Source of the DNA: an uncultured Alphaproteobacteria bacterium
GTDB lineage: Bacteria > Pseudomonadota > Alphaproteobacteria > Rs-D84
Length of the DNA stretch: 64,000 nt
Reading direction: 5' to 3'
Assembly: GCA_951801825.1 (NCBI GenBank)
Contig: CATOOF010000001.1
Location: forward strand, 380,132-444,131
In this document: positions 51,068-59,366 of the stretch, one piece after another
Layout: every line of letters starts with the position of its first letter
Numbering within the stretch: position 1 is the stretch's first letter
Program-made: the position numbers and the translations under genes
The notes under the pieces: model-generated
Database searches by the model: none
The model's input: the letters and a program-made list of their open reading frames with translations, nothing else
What the model was told of the DNA's origin: nothing

Positions 51068-51082
51068 AAACAAAGGCATAAA

Positions 51083-51409
51083 ATGAAAAAAATATTAAAC
51101 ATAACAAGTTATGTCGCGACAATATGTTTGTTTTGTGCCCTGTATATTTTTTTATTTGATTTGGTTTGTATCGGCAAAATTTCAAAATTTAATCATATTT
51201 GGGCAAATGCTTGTCAGTTTGATATTGAAGGCGCATATCTAACCTGTATGACAAATTATGATGTTTCGTGCATTGTGTTGTTGTTGCTCATATTATCTTT
51301 TATGTTATTGCGGCTAATAAGAGTATATAACAAACGTGTCCTGCTCGTTCCGATTTGTGGTTTTTTATTGTTTGTGTTGTCTGTTATAACATGTTGGGGG
51401 CTTGTCTAA
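51083..51409 (+). CDS. Small multi-TM membrane protein, candidate cognate immunity protein
   Basis: Three hydrophobic helices, 15 nt downstream of the Tlde1-like gene. Confidence 0.45.
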   Translation: MKKILNITSYVATICLFCALYIFLFDLVCIGKISKFNHIWANACQFDIEGAYLTCMTNYDVSCIVLLLLILSFMLLRLIRVYNKRVLLVPICGFLLFVLSVITCWGLV

Positions 51410-51515
51410 AACGTTCCTTCTTTGCTCGTTAGATATGGTACGGTTAACTGTTTCTGGATTCGTATATGCCAGGTCTAGGTGGCGGTAAAACTGGCGTGGT
51501 AGTGATTGACGAATG

Positions 51516-52502
51516 TTATGAGTTCTTTATCGCATATTCGGCATATTTTGGACATTCAAAAAAATACTTGGCAAATTCAGCGTCAATCTCACTAAGCCGT
51601 CGTATTGTACCGTCGCTGTCGATAAAAGGTGGATCAACACGCCGCATCTTTTGCGACAGGATAATACCATCTTGGTCGTCTATGGTTGTGCGCCATGCGT
51701 CCGGTGCTTTATACATTGGTGAAAAATCAACCCCGGCCAAATGCATTTTGCGTATAACCTGCATATCGTTTAGCTCAAGGAATTCTTCGCGTGTTAAAAT
51801 TTTCCGCTCTATGGCATTGCGACAAATCCGGGCCAGCATTTCTTCGTAAAACGTAGCGCCATAGCTTGAATAAATCTCTTCGTCGGTCTGATTAAACACG
51901 CGTGCGAACATTTTTGCTGATTTTGCATCCTGTAATACAAATCCATCTGGTGTTGCGACGATTGCCCGGCTTAGTGCTACTTCGTCACAGTCCAACAGCT
52001 TGCCGTGATGGTGCATGTGTGGAATTGCACGCAGACAATAATCAAGTCTGTCCGCGCACAGGTCCGGCAAATCACGTTCTTTTAATATAAATTTTGAGTC
52101 GTCTAATATTTCATCAAGACAAAAGCCGGCACGGGTAATAATTTCCGCCAGCTCAGAGTTTTTTACAAATTTATCGTGAATGTCATCCTGGTATTCCTGT
52201 GTTCTGGATGAGGTTTCGCCGCCGAACAAGCGGTCCGATAAATGCGAGAACGCCGTATGTGACACGTCGTGTATCAGGCCTGCAATTTGTTCCGCCATAG
52301 ATGCGCCATGAATTCGCAACAACATAAACACGCCAATTGAATGATGATATCGGGATACGGGAATGGAGTAAAAAGGCCGACATGGTACCCATGGCCCCAT
52401 GTTTATTCCCTGCAGGCGCTGAAACGTTGGCGCGGCGATAATTTCTTGAAAAACCGGCTCTTCTACATTCAGTACGCCGTAAATTCTATCGCAACAAATC
52501 AT
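51516..52502 (-). CDS. HD-domain metal-dependent phosphohydrolase
   Basis: H...HD...D motif set (YHHSIGV, HDVSHTAFSH, DRLDY). Confidence 0.7.
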   Translation of the reverse strand: MICCDRIYGVLNVEEPVFQEIIAAPTFQRLQGINMGPWVPCRPFYSIPVSRYHHSIGVFMLLRIHGASMAEQIAGLIHDVSHTAFSHLSDRLFGGETSSRTQEYQDDIHDKFVKNSELAEIITRAGFCLDEILDDSKFILKERDLPDLCADRLDYCLRAIPHMHHHGKLLDCDEVALSRAIVATPDGFVLQDAKSAKMFARVFNQTDEEIYSSYGATFYEEMLARICRNAIERKILTREEFLELNDMQVIRKMHLAGVDFSPMYKAPDAWRTTIDDQDGIILSQKMRRVDPPFIDSDGTIRRLSEIDAEFAKYFFECPKYAEYAIKNS

Positions 52503-52619
52503 GGTGTCTAATATAGCGTAAAGTTATATATTTTTCAAGTTTTTAAATGTATTTGTTCCTGATGATTTTATTTGCCAAATAGTCCAAAATTACACCAACC
52601 AACCAAAGGAGTTTTTAAT

Positions 52620-53147
52620 ATGATGCTGAGATTAAAAATATATTCAACCGTTTTTATTTTGTATGAAATATTGGCGGTATGGCTGTTGCACTGTCCGCGC
52701 ACATGTACCGCGATGTTCGGCAACACCTTCTGCAGCGACAGTGTATTTAAATACTTTATCGCGCTGTTTGCGATTCCGGCGATTGTGGGGCTGATTGTTA
52801 TGTGGATTATGCATATCATACATGCGGTCCGTCGCCGTCACTCGTTCTTTTATCGCGCCCAAGAAGCGGTCGAAGATGTTGCCACATCCATTAAAAAGAC
52901 GTTAAAAGAATCCGTATCCAGCAAGGATATTGAAAAGTATATTGTTGCAGCATTGGCGGCCGGCGTGAAGAAGTATTCTGATAAAAATCCGGAACTTAAA
53001 AAGACGTTTGGCAATATCATTGGTGCGATAACGGGTCGTCCGGCGGAATACGCGATTGATGATGACGAAGATGATTACGAAGAAGATGCAAAACCGTCAC
53101 CGCGTCGCGCAAAGGGTAAAAACAACTCTTCTCGCCGCAGTCGCTAA
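52620..53147 (+). CDS. Membrane protein with two TM helices and an acidic/basic low-complexity tail (hypothetical)
   Basis: ATG 52620 with SD AAAGGAG. ORF-track 52572 is an upstream extension. Confidence 0.5.
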   Translation: MMLRLKIYSTVFILYEILAVWLLHCPRTCTAMFGNTFCSDSVFKYFIALFAIPAIVGLIVMWIMHIIHAVRRRHSFFYRAQEAVEDVATSIKKTLKESVSSKDIEKYIVAALAAGVKKYSDKNPELKKTFGNIIGAITGRPAEYAIDDDEDDYEEDAKPSPRRAKGKNNSSRRSR

Positions 53148-53201
53148 GCGGACCGTCCATAATTAGATTAGGCAAAAAAATCGCCCCATTCGGGGCGTTT
53201 T

Positions 53202-53588
53202 TTATAGGGTTTTAATTTTGGCGTTATCTAACTGCGTTCTTAGCAGTTTGCATTTCTTGTCGCATGCATCCATCAGGTGGGTTATATAAAACGTCACAAC
53301 AAACATAGCAGGATAAACAAACAGGCCGGCTCTTGTATGTACTTCGGGGGAAATAATGTCAGATGCGATTATTGATGCAAGTGCCACCAGCTCCGCAATC
53401 AATGCGGCGTTTAATTTAACGGATGTTCTGTATAGGGATTTTAGTGTTTTTCTTATTTCCTGCAGCTTTTTTGCAACGTCTTCCTTGCCAAGGGCTTGCT
53501 CTATAGATATCAGAAGGTCGATATCAAGAATGGTTTTGTCAAACAGACGTTTTTGCTGCAGTGGTGTAGTAAGGTTTTCTAGTTTCAT
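53202..53588 (-). CDS. Hypothetical protein (128 aa)
   Basis: Clean ORF. Bidirectional terminator at 53175-53203 shared with the upstream gene. Confidence 0.4.
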   Translation of the reverse strand: MKLENLTTPLQQKRLFDKTILDIDLLISIEQALGKEDVAKKLQEIRKTLKSLYRTSVKLNAALIAELVALASIIASDIISPEVHTRAGLFVYPAMFVVTFYITHLMDACDKKCKLLRTQLDNAKIKTL

Positions 53589-53700
53589 AATGCGTGATTA
53601 TATTGACATGTTTTGCTATTGTCAAGTCCTATAGTATTTGTTATTGCAAAATACTGGAAAGGGTATAATATTACGCATGTAAATATTTAGGGGTAAGAAA

Positions 53701-55062
53701 ATGCCAGCAAAAACAATCAATGATATTGTCGCATTATGCAAGCGGCGCGGTTTTATATTCACGGGTTCCGAAATATACGGCGGTCTTGGCGGGGCCTATG
53801 ATTACGGTCCGTATGGGGTCGAGTTGATGCGCAATATACGCGATGCCTGGTGGAATGCGATGATATACTCGCGCAATGATGTCGAAGGATTGGATGCGGC
53901 ACAAATCAGCAATCGTCTGATGTGGAAATATTCCGGGCACGAGGGCGGATTTTCTGATCCCTTGGTTGAATGTAAAAAGTGTGGTGCACGCATGCGCCAG
54001 GATAAAATGGCTGACCCCACAAAATGCGACAACTGTGGCAGTGCTGATATCACGGAACCGCGCGCATATCAGCTGATGATGGGGCTGTCCATCGGTGCGA
54101 TGGCCGACGGGGCTGTAAATGCGTATCTGCGTCCGGAAACGGCGACAACGACATATGTTAATTTTAAAAATGTTTTGGATGCCCGCCCGCATAAGTTGCC
54201 GTTTGGTATCGCCCAGATTGGTAAAGCGTTTCGTAACGAAATATCGCCGCGTGGTTTTGTTTTCCGCATGCGTGAATTCGAACAGGCCGAGATGCAGTAC
54301 TTCGTTCGTCCTGATACGGACGAGAAATATTTTGAAATGTGGAAGGCCGCACGTATGGCGTGGTGGACGGATGCCCTGGGAATCCCTGCGGAAAAGTTGC
54401 GTTTTACACCGCACGAAAAATTGGCACACTATGCCAAGGCCGCATGTGACATCGAATATGAATTCCCCGATGGCTTTGATGAGGTAGAGGGTGTTCACAA
54501 CCGCCAAGACTTTGATTTAGGCAGTCACACCAAGGCACAGTCGGAATTTAAAATAAACGCCAACGTGATGGAGAACAAGGACAGCACGGTAAAACTGTCG
54601 TACAGCGACCCCCAGACGGGCGAGAACTTTATCCCGTATGTAATTGAAACGGCGATGGGTGTTAACCGCGCAATGCTGGCGGTAATGCACAACGCATATA
54701 CCGAAGAAGAGCTACCGGACGGTAAATCGCGACTGGTGTTGAAATTGCGTCCGAAATTGGCCCCAGTTAAGGCGGCGGTTATTCCGCTGGCGCGTAATGT
54801 GCCGGAATTGTTGGATATTGCCACAAATATTGAAAACGATTTGCGGCGCTTGGCCATTGGCCGCATAGAGTTGGAAAATTCCGGAAATATTGGTAAAAAT
54901 TATCGTCGTCATGATGAAATCGGTACGCCGGTCTGCATCACGGTTGACCACCAGACATTAGAAGATTCTACGGTGACACTGCGTCTGCGTGACACCATGG
55001 AACAGCGTCGCATCAATATCGCGGACGTTCCGGCCGCCGTTCTGGAAATAATAAACGGATAA
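53701..55062 (+). CDS. glyQS: Glycyl-tRNA synthetase, dimeric alpha2 type
   Basis: GFIFTGSEIYGGLGGAYDYGPYGVELMRNI and class II motifs. Terminator at 55066-55098. Confidence 0.9.
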   Translation: MPAKTINDIVALCKRRGFIFTGSEIYGGLGGAYDYGPYGVELMRNIRDAWWNAMIYSRNDVEGLDAAQISNRLMWKYSGHEGGFSDPLVECKKCGARMRQDKMADPTKCDNCGSADITEPRAYQLMMGLSIGAMADGAVNAYLRPETATTTYVNFKNVLDARPHKLPFGIAQIGKAFRNEISPRGFVFRMREFEQAEMQYFVRPDTDEKYFEMWKAARMAWWTDALGIPAEKLRFTPHEKLAHYAKAACDIEYEFPDGFDEVEGVHNRQDFDLGSHTKAQSEFKINANVMENKDSTVKLSYSDPQTGENFIPYVIETAMGVNRAMLAVMHNAYTEEELPDGKSRLVLKLRPKLAPVKAAVIPLARNVPELLDIATNIENDLRRLAIGRIELENSGNIGKNYRRHDEIGTPVCITVDHQTLEDSTVTLRLRDTMEQRRINIADVPAAVLEIING

Positions 55063-55414
55063 TAAAAAATCCCCGCCGTTTGGCGGGGGGATTTTTTTGC
55101 TTCTGTTTATGTGTTGCACAGGGGCGCGGTATTTTTCCCTTCGTTTGCTTTTTTTAGGACGCCGGCCCTAACTCTTTTATTGTAGTTGGCTTCGGTTTTA
55201 TTTGTTTATTGCATGCGGTTGTTTTAGGGGGAGGATAGTTCTTTATTCTTGCAAATGTTTCATTGGATTGCGGGCTTGTGTCTTTATAGGAAAACTTCCG
55301 TGAAAATTTTAGTTGAATTTTATATGTGTTTCAATCACAATAAGAAACGAGTCCTTGGATTTTGATTGGTGTAAAGGAAAATCGAAAATATAGAAATTTA
55401 AAGGAGAGGGAAAA

Positions 55415-55660
55415 ATGACACATGCAGATATGTGGAATGCAATAGACAGTTTCGCCAGCAGTCGTGGTATGACCTGTTCTTGTATGGCGCGACGCAGCGG
55501 ACTTGATTCAACAACATTGAATCGCAGCAAGCGTTGGACACGCGACGGTAAACCGCGATGGCCATCAATGCAAAGTGTGGCAAAGGTTCTAGATTCAAAT
55601 AATGCGTACATGATAGATTTTGCGCGTTTTTGTCCAATGCCTGACGACAAAGAAAAATAA
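55415..55660 (+). CDS. Small XRE/phage-repressor-like HTH protein (81 aa)
   Basis: Strong SD AAAGGAGAGGG. SSRGMTCSCMARRSGLDSTTLNR HTH segment. Confidence 0.55.
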   Translation: MTHADMWNAIDSFASSRGMTCSCMARRSGLDSTTLNRSKRWTRDGKPRWPSMQSVAKVLDSNNAYMIDFARFCPMPDDKEK

Positions 55661-55680
55661 AATGTGTGTGGCTCAAAAAA

Positions 55681-55705
55681 ATACGGGGATACCCCGTATT
55701 TTTTT
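55681..55705. terminator. Bidirectional terminator between the HTH gene and nrdG
   Basis: ATACGGGG/CCCCGTAT stem plus T7. Confidence 0.75.
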
Positions 55706-56405
55706 ATTCGCGCCAAATAACAGATTCAAACATGGTGTTTATTTTGTCTCGCAAAACATTGTCGTTGAAAAACTGTTCCCGCATGTCGGCTGTTGTTTTG
55801 TCTTTTTCATCGTCAAAATGTGGAATGTATTTTTGTATTGCAATATTTTTCACACCGCGTGCCGCTAACATATCTGTAATTTCTGATAGGTCGGATTTTG
55901 TCATAAAACGCGGATCGCATGTCATGCGCACCTCTAACTCGTGACCCGTCGCCAGCCATATGTCCAGCGATTGTATCATTCTGTCGTATGCGATGTCATT
56001 CCCGGCCAGTTTTTTATACTTTTCGCGGGTTGCCTTGAAATCCAGTCCCACCCAGTCTACGGTTTGTGCCGCCTGGCGTAACTGTTCGGGATAAAAACCG
56101 TTTGTATGCAGCCCGATTGAAAACCCAAGTGCCTTTACACGCCGCATAAAGGCCAGTGTTGCTTCGCCCTGCATCAGGGCCTCGCCGCCGGAAAACACAA
56201 CTGCCTCCAGTTTACCAACGCGGTTTTCCAGCATTGCGAATACTTTTTCTGGGTCGTATTCGCCGTCCCCCACATCCAGTAAATGGCGGTTGGAACAATA
56301 CGCACACCGCAACGGACATCCCCTCAGAAACAGCACCGCGGCAATTTTCCCCGGATAGTCGATTGTGGTAAACGGAACCAATCCGCCAATCTGGACATCT
56401 GGCAT
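55704..56405 (-). CDS. nrdG: Anaerobic ribonucleoside-triphosphate reductase activating protein (radical SAM)
   Basis: GCPLRCAYCSN CxxxCxxC motif. Directly downstream of nrdD. Confidence 0.85.
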   Translation of the reverse strand: MPDVQIGGLVPFTTIDYPGKIAAVLFLRGCPLRCAYCSNRHLLDVGDGEYDPEKVFAMLENRVGKLEAVVFSGGEALMQGEATLAFMRRVKALGFSIGLHTNGFYPEQLRQAAQTVDWVGLDFKATREKYKKLAGNDIAYDRMIQSLDIWLATGHELEVRMTCDPRFMTKSDLSEITDMLAARGVKNIAIQKYIPHFDDEKDKTTADMREQFFNDNVLRDKINTMFESVIWRE

Positions 56406-56410
56406 TTTGT

Positions 56411-56599
56411 TTATGCCGCCTTTTTCATCAGTTCTTCATGGCGTGCGCCGGTGGTCAAACAGTTTGATTCTTTAAATGTCTTTCTTTCGCAGAATTCTGA
56501 AAATTTGCCAATGTTAAAGTTTGATACGGCTCTTATAAAACCCATAGAGCGTGAAAATCGTTCACACGGTGTTCTCTGTAATGTATCTACTCCTGCCAT
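56411..56599 (-). CDS. Stand-alone glycyl-radical domain protein corresponding to the NrdD C-terminus (62 aa)
   Basis: SRSMGFIRAVSNFNIGKFSEFCERK parallels the NrdD C-terminal SRVVGYLRPVSNWNAGKQEEFKDRK block. Own SD AAGGAGGAG. Same frame as nrdD, 12 codons after its TAA. Confidence 0.7.
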   Translation of the reverse strand: MAGVDTLQRTPCERFSRSMGFIRAVSNFNIGKFSEFCERKTFKESNCLTTGARHEELMKKAA

Positions 56600-56635
56600 G
56601 ATTGTCTCCTCCTTGTTTATTGGCTTTCTGTTTGT

Positions 56636-58693
56636 TTATTGGTCATTCGATGCCCGGGCCGCGGCGGCAATTTCGGCGTCGCATTTCGGACAGAATTCAT
56701 AGTTCCCGGCCAGATATCCGTGTTTCGGGCATATCGAGAATGTCGGGGTCAGTGTCATATACGGAATCCGATAGTTTTCAAATATCGTACGTACAATCTT
56801 TTGCGCGGCATCGCCACTGGATACGGGTTCGCCCATATACAGGTGCAACATCGTCCCGCCCGTATATTTACGCTGCAGCTCTTCCTGGTGTTCCAGTGCG
56901 ACGAACGGGTCGTCAGTAAAGTTTACCGGTAACTGGGTCGAATTTGTATAATACGGTGCATCCTTTGTTCCGGCGGTAATGATATCCGGGAAGTTTTTGA
57001 CGTCCGTTTTTGCAAACCGGTAAGAGCATCCCTCGGCCGGTGTTGCCTCCAGATTATAAAGATTTCCGGTCTGTTCCTGGAAACTGGCCAGGTTTTCGCG
57101 GATAAAGTCCATAACGTCCAGTACCAATTTCTTGCCGAATACGGATGCGATATTTTCCGCCCCGTCTGTAAAGTTCAATACCATTTCATTCGCGCCATTA
57201 ACACCAATGGTCGAGAAATGATGATTCCAGTCGCCCAGGTAGCGGCGCGTGAACGGATACAATCCGCGTTCCATATTTTTGCTGATAATCGTACGTTTGA
57301 TTTCCAAACAGTCGCGCCCCAAATCCAGCAAACGTTTCAGTTCGCAGAACAGGCCTTCGCGGTCGCCCTTGTGTGTATAACCCAGGCGGGCCAGATTGAT
57401 TGTTACCACGCCAATCGAGCCTGTTTTTTCCGCCGACCCGAACAGTCCGCCGCCGCGCTTTAGCAATTCGCGTACGTCCAGACGCAGCCGACAGCACATA
57501 GAACGCACGTCCGTCGGATTCAAATCAGAGTTCAAGAAATTCTGGAAATTCGGAATACCGTATTTTGCCGCCAATTCAAACAGTGGTTTTACGTTTGGAT
57601 GATTCCACGGGAAATCAGGCGTGATGTTGTATGTCGGAATCGGGAATGTAAAGGGCCGACCCATGGCGTCACCCTCGGTCATGACCTCAATAAACGCCTT
57701 GTTTATCATATCCATTTCCGCCTGCAGGTCGCCATATGTGAAATCGACCATTTTTTTGCCGACAAATGGACGCTGTTCGCGTAAATCTTTTGGACAGGTC
57801 CAGTCAAATGTAAAGTTGATAAACGGTGTCTGCGTCCCCCACCGGCACGGTACCGCACAGTTAAAGACCAATGTCTGCATTGCGTTTTTAACATCTGCAT
57901 ATGACATATTGTCGATTCTGACATATGGTGCCAGATAAGTGTCCACGGACGAGAATGCCTGGGCGCCTGCAAATTCGTTCTGCAACGTTCCCAAAAAGTT
58001 TACCATATGCGAAATTGCCGTCGCCATATGCTTGGCCGGCTCGCACTGCAGGTATCCTGGAACACCGTTAAATCCTTCGTAGAGCAGTTCACGCAGTGAC
58101 CATCCCGCACAGTATCCCGTCAGCCACCCCAGGTCGTGAATATGAATCGCGGCCGTCTTGTGTGCCTCTGCCACGGCGCGCGGAAACAGATTCAGCCAAT
58201 ATTCTGCCGTCACGCGTTCAGATGTACGCAGAATCAGGCCGCCGATTGAATATCCGATATTGGCATTTTCCTTTATTCGCCAGTTGGAACCGCCAACATA
58301 TCCTTCAATAATATCAACGGCGTCAACCGTTGAATTACGAATCTCGCTACGTTTTTGGCGATATATTATATATGCCTGGGCTGTTTTATATGCATGCGCA
58401 TCCATCAGGGACTGAATTACAGTGTCCTGAATTACCTCAACCGTTGGGGTTTTCCCGGCAAACAGTGCATCGAGTCTGTTCAGTGCATTTTGTGTAATTT
58501 TTACAATTTCTTCATCTGATATTTCATCAGTTGTTGCCACTGCCTTTTTTATTGCGTCAAAAATTTTGCGCGAATCAAACGGTACTGTTTCGCCGCTACG
58601 TTTTTGTACCGCCACCAATTTTGTGGCAAGTGTTGGAATAACTTGAATTTTGGTTTCTGAACAAGACATTTTTAACCCCTGTTTTTTTGTCAA
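56636..58693 (-). CDS. nrdD: Anaerobic ribonucleoside-triphosphate reductase large subunit, lacking the C-terminal glycyl-radical motif
   Basis: N-terminal ATP-cone, class III RNR body, C-terminal Zn-ribbon CPKHG...CPKC, then TAA. Confidence 0.88.
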   Translation of the reverse strand: MTKKQGLKMSCSETKIQVIPTLATKLVAVQKRSGETVPFDSRKIFDAIKKAVATTDEISDEEIVKITQNALNRLDALFAGKTPTVEVIQDTVIQSLMDAHAYKTAQAYIIYRQKRSEIRNSTVDAVDIIEGYVGGSNWRIKENANIGYSIGGLILRTSERVTAEYWLNLFPRAVAEAHKTAAIHIHDLGWLTGYCAGWSLRELLYEGFNGVPGYLQCEPAKHMATAISHMVNFLGTLQNEFAGAQAFSSVDTYLAPYVRIDNMSYADVKNAMQTLVFNCAVPCRWGTQTPFINFTFDWTCPKDLREQRPFVGKKMVDFTYGDLQAEMDMINKAFIEVMTEGDAMGRPFTFPIPTYNITPDFPWNHPNVKPLFELAAKYGIPNFQNFLNSDLNPTDVRSMCCRLRLDVRELLKRGGGLFGSAEKTGSIGVVTINLARLGYTHKGDREGLFCELKRLLDLGRDCLEIKRTIISKNMERGLYPFTRRYLGDWNHHFSTIGVNGANEMVLNFTDGAENIASVFGKKLVLDVMDFIRENLASFQEQTGNLYNLEATPAEGCSYRFAKTDVKNFPDIITAGTKDAPYYTNSTQLPVNFTDDPFVALEHQEELQRKYTGGTMLHLYMGEPVSSGDAAQKIVRTIFENYRIPYMTLTPTFSICPKHGYLAGNYEFCPKCDAEIAAAARASNDQ

Positions 58694-58976
58694 AATACAA
58701 TATGTAGTGGTCTGTTCTTTGATTTGTTGTCAATATATAGTTAATGGATTTTTTGCGCAATAAATAAAAATGAAAAATTTTTTTATTTTTTGCTTTACTT
58801 TTAAAAAGGCCGCAGTTCTGCCGTGTTCAAAATATAATGTTTTACATATGTAAAACACAAAAGATTATTTTGTGTCAAAAAATCCTAAAAAACGAATTGG
58901 GAACAGAATCGGTTTTAATATAAAAACACAAAATATAGATAAAAAACTGCGAATCAGAACATATATATTGACAAAA

Positions 58977-59005
58977 ATAGGGGCGGATATGATATCGCCG
59001 CCCCT
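58977..59005 (-). terminator. Intrinsic terminator for the small minus-strand gene 59031..59213
   Basis: GGGGCGG/CCGCCCC stem followed on the minus strand by TATTTTTGT. Confidence 0.55.
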
Positions 59006-59030
59006 AAAATTTTACATAGAATCGTAATTG

Positions 59031-59213
59031 TTATTTAGTTTTTACCTTTGTATTGGTAATTTTTTCATAATATTCTTTATTTTTCGAATCACATGACTTA
59101 AACCCGGCGCCCAATCCCATCATAAGCACAGAGTATAAACAGACAATCAGCAAGGTTTTTCCACCCAGATAAACATTTATGGTTTGATTTTTTCTTTTTT
59201 TAGACATTTTCAT
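59031..59213 (-). CDS. Small membrane protein (60 aa)
   Basis: One TM helix. Has its own terminator. Confidence 0.4.
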   Translation of the reverse strand: MKMSKKRKNQTINVYLGGKTLLIVCLYSVLMMGLGAGFKSCDSKNKEYYEKITNTKVKTK

Positions 59214-59366
59214 TCTTATTCAGGTATATAATTTTAGTATGCGCCATAATTGTTGTCAATATTTAAAATAGGTTGTTTTTCCTCTTTTGGGCAGACATAA
59301 TATTCATATGTCTGGGTAGTGGTTATCCGGACTTTATAATTAATAACATAAAAGAGCATAATTATT

